A stretch of DNA of 64,000 nt from Patescibacteria group bacterium (lineage in GTDB: Bacteria; Patescibacteriota; Minisyncoccia; Minisyncoccales; RBG-13-42-11), in contig DATKWJ010000005.1 in the NCBI GenBank assembly GCA_035529635.1, positions 1,424 through 65,423 of the forward strand, written 5' to 3'. This document shows positions 36,885 to 46,669 of the stretch, piece by piece. Each line of letters begins with the position of its first letter. Within the stretch, counting starts at the first letter, position 1. The notes under the pieces were generated by a model. The model worked only from the letters and a program-made list of their open reading frames with translations, made no database searches and was not told the origin of the DNA. A program made the position numbers and the translations under genes.

Positions 36885-37466
36885 ATGAGCAGAGTAGGCA
36901 AAAAACCAATCATAATACCGCCGGGAGTGGAAGTTAAAATAGACGGCGGGAAAGTAAGCGTCAAAGGTCCTCGGGGCGAAATTTCAAAGGAATTCCGTCC
37001 TGAGATTGGAATCGGCTTAGCCGGCGATAAGATTTTGGTTTCTTTGAAATCCGGCGAAACCGGCAAGAAAAAATTCGTCGGCAGCCAGGCTAAAAAAATA
37101 AAATCCTTTTGGGGATTGACCAGAATGCTGATTGCCAATATGGTTGAAGGAGTTACCGTCGGTTTCGAAAAAAAATTGGAGATCGAAGGAGTCGGGTTCA
37201 AGGCGGAGGCAACGGAAAAAGAACTCGTTTTATCCGTCGGCTTCAGCCATCCGGTCAAACTGAAAATTCCCGAAGGAGTGAAAGTTGCCTTGGATAAAAA
37301 AACGATTACCGTTTCCGGAATCGACAAGGAATCAGTCGGCCAATTCGCTTCAAATATAAGAAAAGCAAAGCCGCCCGAACCGTATAAAGGAAAAGGCATA
37401 AGATATGCGGGGGAAATAATCAGAAGAAAAGTCGGTAAGAAGGTGGTGACGGCCGGCGGAAAATAA
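36885..37466 (+). CDS. rplF: 50S ribosomal protein L6
   Basis: SRVGKKP, PEPYKGKGIRY. Confidence 0.98.
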   Translation: MSRVGKKPIIIPPGVEVKIDGGKVSVKGPRGEISKEFRPEIGIGLAGDKILVSLKSGETGKKKFVGSQAKKIKSFWGLTRMLIANMVEGVTVGFEKKLEIEGVGFKAEATEKELVLSVGFSHPVKLKIPEGVKVALDKKTITVSGIDKESVGQFASNIRKAKPPEPYKGKGIRYAGEIIRRKVGKKVVTAGGK

Positions 37467-37487
37467 AGAGTTGTCAGTCGCATTTAT

Positions 37488-37835
37488 ATGTTGGAAAAAG
37501 AGGAAAAAAGGCGCAAGCGCCACAAAAAAATCAGAGCGAAAATTTTCGGGACGGCCCTTGTTCCCCGGCTTTCTGTTTTCAAGTCGGAAAAGCATATTTA
37601 CGCTCAACTGATAAACGATGAAAAAGCCGAAACCATGGCCGCGGCCGATGATTCGGAATTCAAGAAAAACCGCGAGAAGAAAATTGATAAAGCCAAAAAA
37701 GTCGGAAAATTGATCGCTGACCTGGCTAAAAATTTGAAAATCGAAAAAGTCGTTTTTGACAGAGGCGGCTATAAATATCACGGCAGAATAAAGGCCTTGG
37801 CTGACGGGGCGAGAGAAGCCGGCCTGAAATTTTAA
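37488..37835 (+). CDS. rplR: 50S ribosomal protein L18
   Basis: PRLSVF.S, FDRGGYKYHGR. Confidence 0.98.
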   Translation: MLEKEEKRRKRHKKIRAKIFGTALVPRLSVFKSEKHIYAQLINDEKAETMAAADDSEFKKNREKKIDKAKKVGKLIADLAKNLKIEKVVFDRGGYKYHGRIKALADGAREAGLKF

Positions 37836-37848
37836 AATAAATTCATTT

Positions 37849-38376
37849 ATGATCAGAGAAAAAACAGGAAAAAAAGAATATGGCCGATCCTCTTTCTCCA
37901 GAAACAGGGAGATTAAGGATGAGTTTGAATCCAAGCTTTTGGATTTGGCGAGAGTGACGAGGGTTACCGCCGGCGGCAAGCGCCTCAGATTCCGGGCCGT
38001 GGTCGTTGTCGGAAACAAGCAGGGCAAAACCGGCATCGGAGTGTCAAAGGGTTCGGATGTGGCCCAGGCAGTGGAAAAAGCGACCAGATTGGCCAAGAAA
38101 AATTTAATCACGGTTCCTTTGACTGAAGGAGAGACGATTCCCCATGAAGTTTATGCCAAATTCGGAGCGGCCAAAGTCATTATTAAACCCCAAAAAAAGG
38201 GAAGGGGACTGGTGGCCGGCGGAGCGGTGAGAATTATCTGTTCTTTGACCGGAATAAAAAATATCTCTTCCAAAATTTTAGGCAGGACCACCAATAAATT
38301 GAACAACGCCCAAGCTGTCATGGCTGCTTTTAAAAAATTGAAAGTTAAAAAAGAAAAAGTTGAAAAAACGGCATAA
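37849..38376 (+). CDS. rpsE: 30S ribosomal protein S5
   Basis: RVTRVTAGGKRLRF, GLVAGG. Confidence 0.98.
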   Translation: MIREKTGKKEYGRSSFSRNREIKDEFESKLLDLARVTRVTAGGKRLRFRAVVVVGNKQGKTGIGVSKGSDVAQAVEKATRLAKKNLITVPLTEGETIPHEVYAKFGAAKVIIKPQKKGRGLVAGGAVRIICSLTGIKNISSKILGRTTNKLNNAQAVMAAFKKLKVKKEKVEKTA

Positions 38377-38378
38377 AC

Positions 38379-38840
38379 ATGCAATTACACCAATTAAAAC
38401 CAATTCATAAGGCGAAAAAAGCCAAGAGAGTCGGTCGTGGCGGAAAAAGAGGCACTTATTCCGGCCGCGGCCAGAAAGGACAAAGATCCCGGGCCGGAAG
38501 AAGATTCCAACCGGCTGTCCGCGAACTGATTAAAAGGTACCCGAAATTGAAGGGCTACAGACACAAGTCCAGCCTTCAGCGGGGATTTTCCGCTGGAAAA
38601 GGAATCGCCATTTTGAATTTGGAAATTTTGGAGAAAAAATTCAAAGCGGAAGAAAAAGTCAATGCCGAAACGCTGTTGGAAAAAGGCCTGATTTCCAAAA
38701 CATCGGGCAAAACGCCGAAAGTCAAAATTTTGGGCAAAGGAAAAATAACCAAAGCGCTGAATTTCGAGAACTGCTTGATTTCAAAAAGCGCCAAAGAGAA
38801 AATAGAGAAATGCGGCGGTAGCGTCAAAATCGGCAGTTAA
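38379..38840 (+). CDS. rplO: 50S ribosomal protein L15
   Basis: RVGRG, GRGQKGQ.SR, VKILG.G, SAKEKIE..GG. Confidence 0.97.
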   Translation: MQLHQLKPIHKAKKAKRVGRGGKRGTYSGRGQKGQRSRAGRRFQPAVRELIKRYPKLKGYRHKSSLQRGFSAGKGIAILNLEILEKKFKAEEKVNAETLLEKGLISKTSGKTPKVKILGKGKITKALNFENCLISKSAKEKIEKCGGSVKIGS

Positions 38841-38849
38841 AAACCAACC

Positions 38850-40133
38850 GTGGCCATGTGGTATCAAAAAATCATCCAAATATTCAAAGTAAAAGATTTA
38901 AGAAATAAGATTCTTTTCGTCTTGGCAATTTTCGCCATTTTCAGATTAATGGCCAATATTCCCATTCCGGGAATCGGCCTGGAAAAAATACGGGAATTTT
39001 CCCAAGCCAATCAGCTTTTCGGCCTTTTAAATCTTTTTACCGGAGGAGCTTTGGACAATCTTTCGATCATCATGCTGGGGCTCGGACCCTACATCACCGC
39101 CACGATCATCATGCAATTGCTGACCATGATATTCCCGGCTTTGGAGAAAATTTATAAAGAAGAAGGCGAACAGGGCAGGGCGAAATTCAACCAATACGGC
39201 AGAATTTTGACGGTGCCTTTCGCTTTTCTCCAAAGTTACGCCATGCTCGTTCTTTTTCAGCGCCAGCAGATAATCGAGCAGCTTTCTTTTGAATTGATCA
39301 TTACTTCGATTTTAACCGTGACGGCCGGCACTTTATTTCTGATGTGGTTGGGAGAGTTGATTTCCGAGAAAGGCATCGGCAACGGCGTATCACTTTTGAT
39401 TTTCGCCGGCATCGTGGCCGACGTGCCGAACAGCGTCAGGCAGATGATGCTTACCTGGGACCCGGCCAAGATTCCTTCTTATTTGTTTTTCTTTGCCATG
39501 GCTTTGGTTATTACAGCCGGCGTGGTTTTGGTTAATGAAGGGCGCCGCAATATTCCGATTTCTTACGCCAAAAGAGTCAGGGGTACAAAAATGTACGGGG
39601 GAGTGTCTACTTATCTGCCGCTGAACATCAATCCGGCCGGAGTAATTCCCATTATTTTCGCTTTATCAATCATGCTTTTGCCGGGAATGGTTGCCAGTTT
39701 TTTAGGGGGAATGGAAGGAATCGTCGGCACTATCGCTCAAGGAGTGAACAAAGCTTTTCAGAATATGTGGTTTTACGGCATTTCGTACTTTCTACTGGTC
39801 GTGCTTTTCACTTATTTTTATACTGCAGTCACTTTTGACCCTAAAGCCATTTCCTCCAATCTGCAGAAAATGGGCGGATTTATTCCCGGCATCAGGCCGG
39901 GAGAAAGCACCGCCAATTTCATGTATTTTATTCTGAACAGGGTTTTGCTAGTCGGCGCCTTGTTTTTGGGCTTTATCGCGGTCATACCTTCGATTATCGC
40001 CGGAATAACCGGCGTTATGGTTTTCCAATTCCTGATCGGCGGTACCGCTTTGTTGATCGTGGTTTCCGTGGTTTTGGACATTATGCGTCAGGTTAACGCC
40101 CAATTGCAGATGCGGGAATACGAAACTTTTTAA
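38850..40133 (+). CDS. secY: Preprotein translocase SecY
   Basis: 10 TMs; LGLGPYITA.II, AGVIPIIFA, FIPGIRPG; start GTG 38850 or ATG 38856. Confidence 0.99.
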   Translation: MAMWYQKIIQIFKVKDLRNKILFVLAIFAIFRLMANIPIPGIGLEKIREFSQANQLFGLLNLFTGGALDNLSIIMLGLGPYITATIIMQLLTMIFPALEKIYKEEGEQGRAKFNQYGRILTVPFAFLQSYAMLVLFQRQQIIEQLSFELIITSILTVTAGTLFLMWLGELISEKGIGNGVSLLIFAGIVADVPNSVRQMMLTWDPAKIPSYLFFFAMALVITAGVVLVNEGRRNIPISYAKRVRGTKMYGGVSTYLPLNINPAGVIPIIFALSIMLLPGMVASFLGGMEGIVGTIAQGVNKAFQNMWFYGISYFLLVVLFTYFYTAVTFDPKAISSNLQKMGGFIPGIRPGESTANFMYFILNRVLLVGALFLGFIAVIPSIIAGITGVMVFQFLIGGTALLIVVSVVLDIMRQVNAQLQMREYETF

Positions 40134-40152
40134 TTTTTAAAAAAAATAGTTT

Positions 40153-40863
40153 ATGGCTGGAAAAAACAAGCAAAAAGTAATCATTCTATTGGGTTCTCCG
40201 GGATCGGGCAAAGGGACCCAGGGCGAACTTTTGTCCGAAAAGATGAATTTATATTATTTTGAAACCAGCAAAATATTGGAAGATAAATTCACCCGGAAAG
40301 AAACATCCGGCAAAAATTGGATAAAGATCGACGGGAAAACTTACCATTTCAAAAAAGAAAAGGAATTATGGGAAAACGGGCTGCTTTGCAGTCCGCCTTT
40401 CGTGACTTTTTTGGTGATGGAAAAAATCAAAGAATTATTCAAAGCCGGCAAAAGTTTGATTTTGTCCGGTTCTCCCCGCACTCTTTACGAAGGGGAGAGG
40501 TTGATTCCTTTTTTGAAAAAGTTTTACAAAAGGGAAAATATCGAAGTGATTCTACTTGAGCAGAGCGCCGAAACTTCAATTTTCAGAAACAGCCATCGGA
40601 GAATCTGCCGGCTGATGCGACACCCGATTCTCTACACCAAAGAAACGGCCCGGCTAAAAAAATGCCCTATCGACGGTTCGGAATTGATGAAAAGAAAAGG
40701 GCTGGACAATCCGGAAACCATAAAAGTCAGGCTGAAAGAATACAGAGAAAGGACTTTTCCTTTGATTGAATTGTTCAAAAAAGAAAAATTAAGAATGAAA
40801 AGAATCAACGGAGAAAAACCGCCGGCTGACGTTTTCCGGGATATTCTGAAAGCTTTAAAATAA
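40153..40863 (+). CDS. adk: Adenylate kinase (divergent)
   Basis: GSPGSGKGTQ, G.PRT, canonical secY-adk-map position. Confidence 0.85.
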   Translation: MAGKNKQKVIILLGSPGSGKGTQGELLSEKMNLYYFETSKILEDKFTRKETSGKNWIKIDGKTYHFKKEKELWENGLLCSPPFVTFLVMEKIKELFKAGKSLILSGSPRTLYEGERLIPFLKKFYKRENIEVILLEQSAETSIFRNSHRRICRLMRHPILYTKETARLKKCPIDGSELMKRKGLDNPETIKVRLKEYRERTFPLIELFKKEKLRMKRINGEKPPADVFRDILKALK

Positions 40864-40868
40864 CGGTT

Positions 40869-40918
40869 GAGGGCGAAGAGAATTTCGTTCTCTTCTTCAT
40901 CTTCGCCTCTTCGGAGGC
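40869..40918. repeat. REP-like palindromic element
   Basis: GAAGAGAA-tttcg-TTCTCTTC; GGCGAAGA/TCTTCGCC; GCCTC-TTCG-GAGGC. Confidence 0.5.
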
Positions 40919-40925
40919 TTGATAA

Positions 40926-41714
40926 ATGATTTCCATCAAAACTCCGGAAGAAATAAGAATAATGGCCGAAGGGGGAAAAATCCTGGCAGGAATCATGGAA
41001 GAATTAAAGAAAAAGGTAAAGCCGGGGATCACCACGAAAACATTAGACAGGCTCGCCGAGAGCCTGATTTTAAAATCTGGCGGAAAATGTTCTTTCAAAG
41101 GTTACGAAGATTTTCCCGCCTGCCTTTGCACTTCGATCAACGAAGAAATCGTCCATGCCATTCCTTCTGACCGGAAAATAACGGCTGGGGATATTATTTC
41201 TCTTGATTTAGGAATTTTGTTCAAAGGTTTCCATACTGATATGGCCGTTACCTTGCCTGTGGGAAAAATAGAGCCGGAAGTTTCCAGATTGATCCGGACG
41301 ACGAAAAGAACTCTGGCCGAAGGGATCAAGGAAATAAAACCGGGCAAGACCATCGGCCATCTCAGCCGGGCCATCCAGGCTTATGCCGAATCCCAGGGTT
41401 TCAGCGTTATCCGCGAACTTTGCGGCCACGGCATCGGCAGAGAAATTCACGAAGATCCCCAAATACTTAATTATTTTTCAAAAGCAGCCAAGAATAAGGA
41501 AAAGACTTTTGATTGTAAAGAAAGCGGTCCTAAAATCAAAGAAGGAATGGTTTTGTGTTTGGAGCCGATGATTGCCGTCGGCGGCTGGCGGATCGAAAAA
41601 AGCGGGGACGGCCATGGTTTTAAGACGGCTGACGGTTCTTTATCCTGCCATTTTGAGCAGACGATTGCCGTAACGAAAAACGGAGCAAAAGTTCTGACTC
41701 CCTGTCCGCTTTAG
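40926..41714 (+). CDS. map: Methionine aminopeptidase type I
   Basis: CTSINEEIVH, D.G...FH.D, GHGIG..IHE.P, EPM, HFEQT. Confidence 0.97.
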   Translation: MISIKTPEEIRIMAEGGKILAGIMEELKKKVKPGITTKTLDRLAESLILKSGGKCSFKGYEDFPACLCTSINEEIVHAIPSDRKITAGDIISLDLGILFKGFHTDMAVTLPVGKIEPEVSRLIRTTKRTLAEGIKEIKPGKTIGHLSRAIQAYAESQGFSVIRELCGHGIGREIHEDPQILNYFSKAAKNKEKTFDCKESGPKIKEGMVLCLEPMIAVGGWRIEKSGDGHGFKTADGSLSCHFEQTIAVTKNGAKVLTPCPL

Positions 41715-41755
41715 AAATTGGCGGAATTTTCAATGAAATGTTAAAATAATCCAAT

Positions 41756-42478
41756 ATGCGTCTTTCAGTAATTATTCCCGTTTATAACGAAGAAAAACGC
41801 TTGCCCAAGACCTTGAAAGACATCGACGGTTATCTGTCAAAACAGCCGTACGATTACGAAATCTTGGTTGTTGACAACGGTTCGACTGATAAAACCGTTC
41901 AATTCGTCAAAGATTCGGCGGAACGGATCAGGGGATTGAAATTAATCGAGGGTTCTTCCAAGCGGGGCAAGGGTTTTGCCGTCAAAAAAGGCATGCTGGC
42001 GTCTCAAGGCGATTTCAGGATTTTCGTCGATGCCGACAATTCCACTTCGCTTGACCAGATTGAAAAAATGTGGCCGGAATTTGAAAAAGGCTGCGATATC
42101 GCCATCGGTTCGAGAGACGTCAAAGGAGCGGTTTTGGATCCTCCACAGCCCTGGCTGAGGGATATGGTTTTGGGAGAAGGTTTCAAACTCTATCGGAAAT
42201 TAATCATCGGTCTTTGGGGAATTCAGGATACCCAATGCGGCTTCAAATGCTTCACTAAAAAAGCGGCCGAAGAAATCTTCCCGAAATGCAAAATCGAGGA
42301 TTTCGCTTTTGACCCAGAAATTTTGGTTATAGCCAAAAAACACGGCTATAAAATAAAAGAAATTCCGGTTCATTGGAAAAACGACTTGGAAAGCAAAGTT
42401 AATTTCAAAAGCATCTTAAATATGGCTTTGGATTTGATCAGAATCAAATTAAATTTAATCAAAGGAATGTATGATTAA
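41756..42478 (+). CDS. GT2 glycosyltransferase (dolichyl-phosphate glucosyltransferase-like)
   Basis: SVIIPVYNE, GKG.AV, DAD, DTQCGFK, AFDPE. Confidence 0.92.
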   Translation: MRLSVIIPVYNEEKRLPKTLKDIDGYLSKQPYDYEILVVDNGSTDKTVQFVKDSAERIRGLKLIEGSSKRGKGFAVKKGMLASQGDFRIFVDADNSTSLDQIEKMWPEFEKGCDIAIGSRDVKGAVLDPPQPWLRDMVLGEGFKLYRKLIIGLWGIQDTQCGFKCFTKKAAEEIFPKCKIEDFAFDPEILVIAKKHGYKIKEIPVHWKNDLESKVNFKSILNMALDLIRIKLNLIKGMYD

Positions 42479-43526
42479 TAAATCTTCGACGATTAAAAAA
42501 CAGGTTAAAAAGTTTCCTTCCGAACTTCGTTTTGATTTGGTTTCCAAGGATTGGGTGGTTATCGCCACCGGCCGGGCCAGGAAGCCGGAGACGTTCAAAC
42601 GGGAAAGAAGGAAGAATAAAGAGCCGGTCGGCAAAGACTGCCCTTTTTGCGGAGACGGCGTCCGGGAAAAAGCGATTCTCGCTTTTTTCCGAGGAAAAGA
42701 TATCTCATCTAAAAAAGGATCGAAGGACTGGACGACCGCGGTTATTCCCAATAAATATCCAGCTTTTATTCCTAATTCTGGATTGGCGGAAAGAAAAGAA
42801 GGGCCTTTTTACGAGAAAATGAACGCTGTCGGTTTTCACGAAGTGGTCATTACCCGCGACCATTGTAAGTCTTTGGGCCAGTTCAAAGAAGTCAGTGAGG
42901 TGAAGGAGGTTTTCGACATTTACCAGAAAAGATATTTGGATCTGATGAATAAGGATTTCGTCAATCATATCTCAATTTTCCATAATCACGGTTCGGAAGC
43001 CGGCGCCTCGATTTTCCACCCCCATTCGCAGATAATCACCACTCCTTTGATTGACATTGATTTGAATAAGGCTTTGGCCAACTCGGCAAGATATTACAAA
43101 AAAACTAAAAAATGCATTTATTGCGAGATGAACAAATGGGAGCTGAAAGTTAAAAAAAGAATAGTTTTTGAAAATAAGCATTTTTTCGCCCTTTGCCCCT
43201 TTGCTTCGAAATCCGCTTTTCAGGTTATTATTTCTCCGAAGTTGCATCTTTCTTATTTTGAAAGGATTACCGAGGAAGAAAAATGGCAGTTGAGCGAGAT
43301 TTTTCAGAAAGTTTTGGCCAAAATCCACAAAGGGTTGTCCGACCCCGCCTATAATTTTTATCTGCATACTGCTCCCTGCGACGGGAAAAAATACCCCTTT
43401 TACCACTGGCATTGGACGATTTTGCCGAAAACTTCGACTTGGGCCGGTTTTGAAATAGGCACCAGGATGGAAATTTCCACCATTGAACCGGAAAAGGCCG
43501 CTGCCTACTTAAGAAATCAAAAATGA
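42471..43526 (+). CDS. galT: Galactose-1-phosphate uridylyltransferase family protein
   Basis: ELRFD, CPFC, NKYP, GFHEVVI, GAS..HPHSQ, YHWH. Confidence 0.88.
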   Translation: MINKSSTIKKQVKKFPSELRFDLVSKDWVVIATGRARKPETFKRERRKNKEPVGKDCPFCGDGVREKAILAFFRGKDISSKKGSKDWTTAVIPNKYPAFIPNSGLAERKEGPFYEKMNAVGFHEVVITRDHCKSLGQFKEVSEVKEVFDIYQKRYLDLMNKDFVNHISIFHNHGSEAGASIFHPHSQIITTPLIDIDLNKALANSARYYKKTKKCIYCEMNKWELKVKKRIVFENKHFFALCPFASKSAFQVIISPKLHLSYFERITEEEKWQLSEIFQKVLAKIHKGLSDPAYNFYLHTAPCDGKKYPFYHWHWTILPKTSTWAGFEIGTRMEISTIEPEKAAAYLRNQK

Positions 43527-44221
43527 AATCTTTAATCGTAGCAAATTGGAAGTGTAATCCTGCGGCACTAAAAGAGGCAAAAACCCTCTTTAATTCGGTT
43601 GAGAAAGGAATTAAAAACATTAGAAATGCGGAAATGGTAATTTGTCCGCCGTTTGTTTATCTATCCGAATTGAAAAGAATGAAAAACAAGCGGTCAAAGA
43701 TAAAATTGGGCGGCCAGGACGTTTTTTGGGAAAATGCTGGCGCTTATACCGGTGAAGTATCCCCTGAAATGCTGAAAGATTCAGGCGCGGAATACGTCAT
43801 CGTCGGACACTCGGAAAGGAGGAAATACCAGAAAGAAACGGACGAAGCGATAAATAAAAAATTGAAGGCCGCTTTAAGCGCCGGTTTGAAAGCGATTTTG
43901 TGCGTAGATAACGTTTCCCAGATTAAAAAAGATTTAAACGGCCTGACTGGAAATCTTCTTTTAAATCTGGTCATCGCTTACGAGCCGATTTTCGCCATCG
44001 GCACGGGAAAAGCCTGCAGTGTGGAAAGAGCTGAAAAAATGAGAATGTCGATAAAGGAAAAGCTGAATAAAAAAAATATTCCTGTTCTTTATGGCGGCAG
44101 TGTCAATTCTCAAAATGCCGCCGGCTACCTCGAAAAAGGAGGTTTCCAGGGTCTTTTAATCGGCGGCGCTTCTTTGAAAATTGAAGAATTTTCAGGAATC
44201 ATCAGAAGGGTTGATCGTTGA
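43523..44221 (+). CDS. tpiA: Triosephosphate isomerase
   Basis: NWK, GHSERR, AYEP..AIGTG, YGGSV, GGASL. Confidence 0.96.
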   Translation: MKSLIVANWKCNPAALKEAKTLFNSVEKGIKNIRNAEMVICPPFVYLSELKRMKNKRSKIKLGGQDVFWENAGAYTGEVSPEMLKDSGAEYVIVGHSERRKYQKETDEAINKKLKAALSAGLKAILCVDNVSQIKKDLNGLTGNLLLNLVIAYEPIFAIGTGKACSVERAEKMRMSIKEKLNKKNIPVLYGGSVNSQNAAGYLEKGGFQGLLIGGASLKIEEFSGIIRRVDR

Positions 44222-44254
44222 TTAAATTTCAGAAAATTGATAAGATGGCTAACT

Positions 44255-44770
44255 ATGGAAGAAAAGATTTTAAACGGTTATTTTTTTAACCCTACCAAGG
44301 GAAACGTCGAAATAAGCGGCGTGATTGGAGAAATAATCAGCTATATTTCCGAGAAACCGGAGAAATTTTACGAAATTATCGTTGGCTGTGATTCTTCTTC
44401 AGGAGAAGAGCCTCATTTTCCGGTGGTTTTGGTTATTTTGAGAAAAGGCGAAGGCGGCAGGTTTTTCATTAAAAAAATCGCTTATAAAGGAAGAAAATTT
44501 TACAATTGGAAACAGAGAATTTTAGAAGAAGTTTTGCTTTCCTGCCAGCTGGCTCTTTATTTCAAGGATAACTTTGAAAAAGAAATGAAGAAATTCGAAA
44601 AAGAAAATTTTTCTTTTCAATTCCGTTATATTCACGCCGACGTCGGAGAAAACGGCCAAACGAAAGACATGATCAAGGAAATCACCGGCCTGATCAGAGG
44701 CAACGGCTTTGAACCGAAAATAAAGCCGGAATCTTTCGTCGCTTCAACGGTGGCCGACAGATTTTCTTAA
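44255..44770 (+). CDS. RNase H-like YkuK/DUF458 family protein
   Basis: IVGCDS, RILEE, IHADVG.NG.T, IKP...AS.VAD; ATG 44255 follows a TAAGAT box. Confidence 0.8.
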   Translation: MEEKILNGYFFNPTKGNVEISGVIGEIISYISEKPEKFYEIIVGCDSSSGEEPHFPVVLVILRKGEGGRFFIKKIAYKGRKFYNWKQRILEEVLLSCQLALYFKDNFEKEMKKFEKENFSFQFRYIHADVGENGQTKDMIKEITGLIRGNGFEPKIKPESFVASTVADRFS

Positions 44771-44789
44771 CGGAAAATTTTAATCTTCA

Positions 44790-46643
44790 ATGAACTCAAA
44801 AGAAATAAGACGAAAGTTTTTGCAATTTTTCGAAGAAAAAGGGCATACCCTTATTCCGGGTGCTTCTTTGATTCCGGAAAACGATCCGACGACTTTGTTC
44901 GTCGGTTCGGGTATGCAGCCTTTGGTTCCGTATCTGCTGGGTGAAAAACATCCATTGGGAAAACGTTTGGTGAACTGTCAGAAATCTTTCCGGGTGGCCG
45001 ATATTGAAGACATCGGCGACAATCGCCATACCACTTTTTTCGAGATGCTCGGCAACTGGTCGCTGGGAGATTATTTCAAGAAAGAACAGCTCAATTGGCT
45101 TTTTGATTTTTTAACCGGCGTACTGAAAATCGACCCTAACCGTCTTTACGTTACGGTTTTCCGGGGTAATGAAGAAATCGGCATTAAAAGGGATGATGAA
45201 TCCGTGAAAATTTGGCAGGAGATATTTTCTGGAAAAGGCGTTCAGGCAAAAGACGTTGATTTCAGCGAAAAGAACGGAATGGAAAACGGTCAGATTTTTT
45301 ATTTCGATGAAACCAAAAACTGGTGGTCAAGAAGCGGCTTGCCGAAGGATATGCCGCTCAACGAGCCCGGCGGGCCGGACAGCGAGATTTTTTACGATTT
45401 AGGCGAGGATCTGAAACGCCATGAAAATTCCGTCTGGAAAGACAAACCCTGCCACGTCAATTGCGACTGCGGAAGATTTATCGAGATAGGCAACAGCGTT
45501 TTTATGGAGTACATTAAAACCGAAAAAGGTTTTGAAAAACTGCCTCAGAAAAATGTTGACTTCGGAGGGGGACTGGAAAGAATAAGCATGGTTGTTCAAG
45601 GGAAAACGAATGTTTTTGAAACGGATTTGTTCATCGGTATTCTGAATAAAATCAAGGAATTGTCCGGAGGAAAAGAATATCAAGACAATGTCAAAGTTTT
45701 TGAGATAATCGCCGACCATGTCAAAGGAGCCGTTTTCGTGATTTCCGAAGACGTTTTACCGTCAAATACTGAGCGAGGCTATATTTTAAGAAGGCTGTTG
45801 AGAAGAGCCGTCCGCTACGGCAAAATGTTGAAAATGCCAGGAGATTTTTTGCTGCCGTTGGGCCGGCAGGTGATCGAAATCTATCAGGATATTTACCCCG
45901 AGGTTAAAGCGAAAGAAGAAGAAATTTTAACCGTCATTCAAAAAGAGAAGGAAAAATTCGAAGAAACTCTTCAAAAAGGACTGAAGCAATTCGAAAAAAT
46001 TGCCGAAAAAGGAAGCATTTCCGGGGTTGACGCCTTTCATTTGTACGACACTTACGGTTTTCCTTTGGAACTGACGATCGAGCTGGCCAGGGAAAAAAGA
46101 TTGGAGGTTGACGAAAGCGAATTCAAAAAAGCTTTTAAGAAACATCAGGAAATTTCCCGGGCCGGTGCGGTAAAGAAATTCGGCGGTGGGGGAGAGTTTT
46201 CACCGAAGCTCCATACCGCTACTCATTTGCTTCATGCCGCTTTGAGGAAAGTTTTGGGAGAGCATATCAGGCAAATGGGTTCAGATATCACCACCCAGCG
46301 TTTAAGATTCGATTTTTCCCATCATCAAAAATTAACGGCCGAACAAATTAAAGAGGTCGAGGACATTGTCAATCGGAAAATCAAGGAAAATTTGGAAGTT
46401 AAAAAAGAAGAGATGAGTTTGGAAGAAGCTTTGACTGCGGGAGCTTTAGCTTTTTTCCGGGAAAAATATCCCGAAAAAGTTTCCGTTTATACGGTTTTCA
46501 ATCCTGAGACCGGAGAAGTATTCTCTAAGGAAATTTGCGGCGGCCCCCATATTAAAAGAACCTCGGGATTAGGCGAGTTTAAGATAAGAAAAGAGGAATC
46601 TTCTTCCGCTGGCGTGCGGAGAATTCGGGCTGTTTTAGAATAA
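44790..46643 (+). CDS. alaS: Alanine--tRNA ligase (short form without C-Ala)
   Basis: RH.TFFEMLGNWS, GLER, ADH, LYDTYGFP, HTATH, EICGGPH; ends at GVRRIRAV. Confidence 0.97.
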   Translation: MNSKEIRRKFLQFFEEKGHTLIPGASLIPENDPTTLFVGSGMQPLVPYLLGEKHPLGKRLVNCQKSFRVADIEDIGDNRHTTFFEMLGNWSLGDYFKKEQLNWLFDFLTGVLKIDPNRLYVTVFRGNEEIGIKRDDESVKIWQEIFSGKGVQAKDVDFSEKNGMENGQIFYFDETKNWWSRSGLPKDMPLNEPGGPDSEIFYDLGEDLKRHENSVWKDKPCHVNCDCGRFIEIGNSVFMEYIKTEKGFEKLPQKNVDFGGGLERISMVVQGKTNVFETDLFIGILNKIKELSGGKEYQDNVKVFEIIADHVKGAVFVISEDVLPSNTERGYILRRLLRRAVRYGKMLKMPGDFLLPLGRQVIEIYQDIYPEVKAKEEEILTVIQKEKEKFEETLQKGLKQFEKIAEKGSISGVDAFHLYDTYGFPLELTIELAREKRLEVDESEFKKAFKKHQEISRAGAVKKFGGGGEFSPKLHTATHLLHAALRKVLGEHIRQMGSDITTQRLRFDFSHHQKLTAEQIKEVEDIVNRKIKENLEVKKEEMSLEEALTAGALAFFREKYPEKVSVYTVFNPETGEVFSKEICGGPHIKRTSGLGEFKIRKEESSSAGVRRIRAVLE

Positions 46644-46669
46644 ACTTAAATATTGTATAATATCTTATC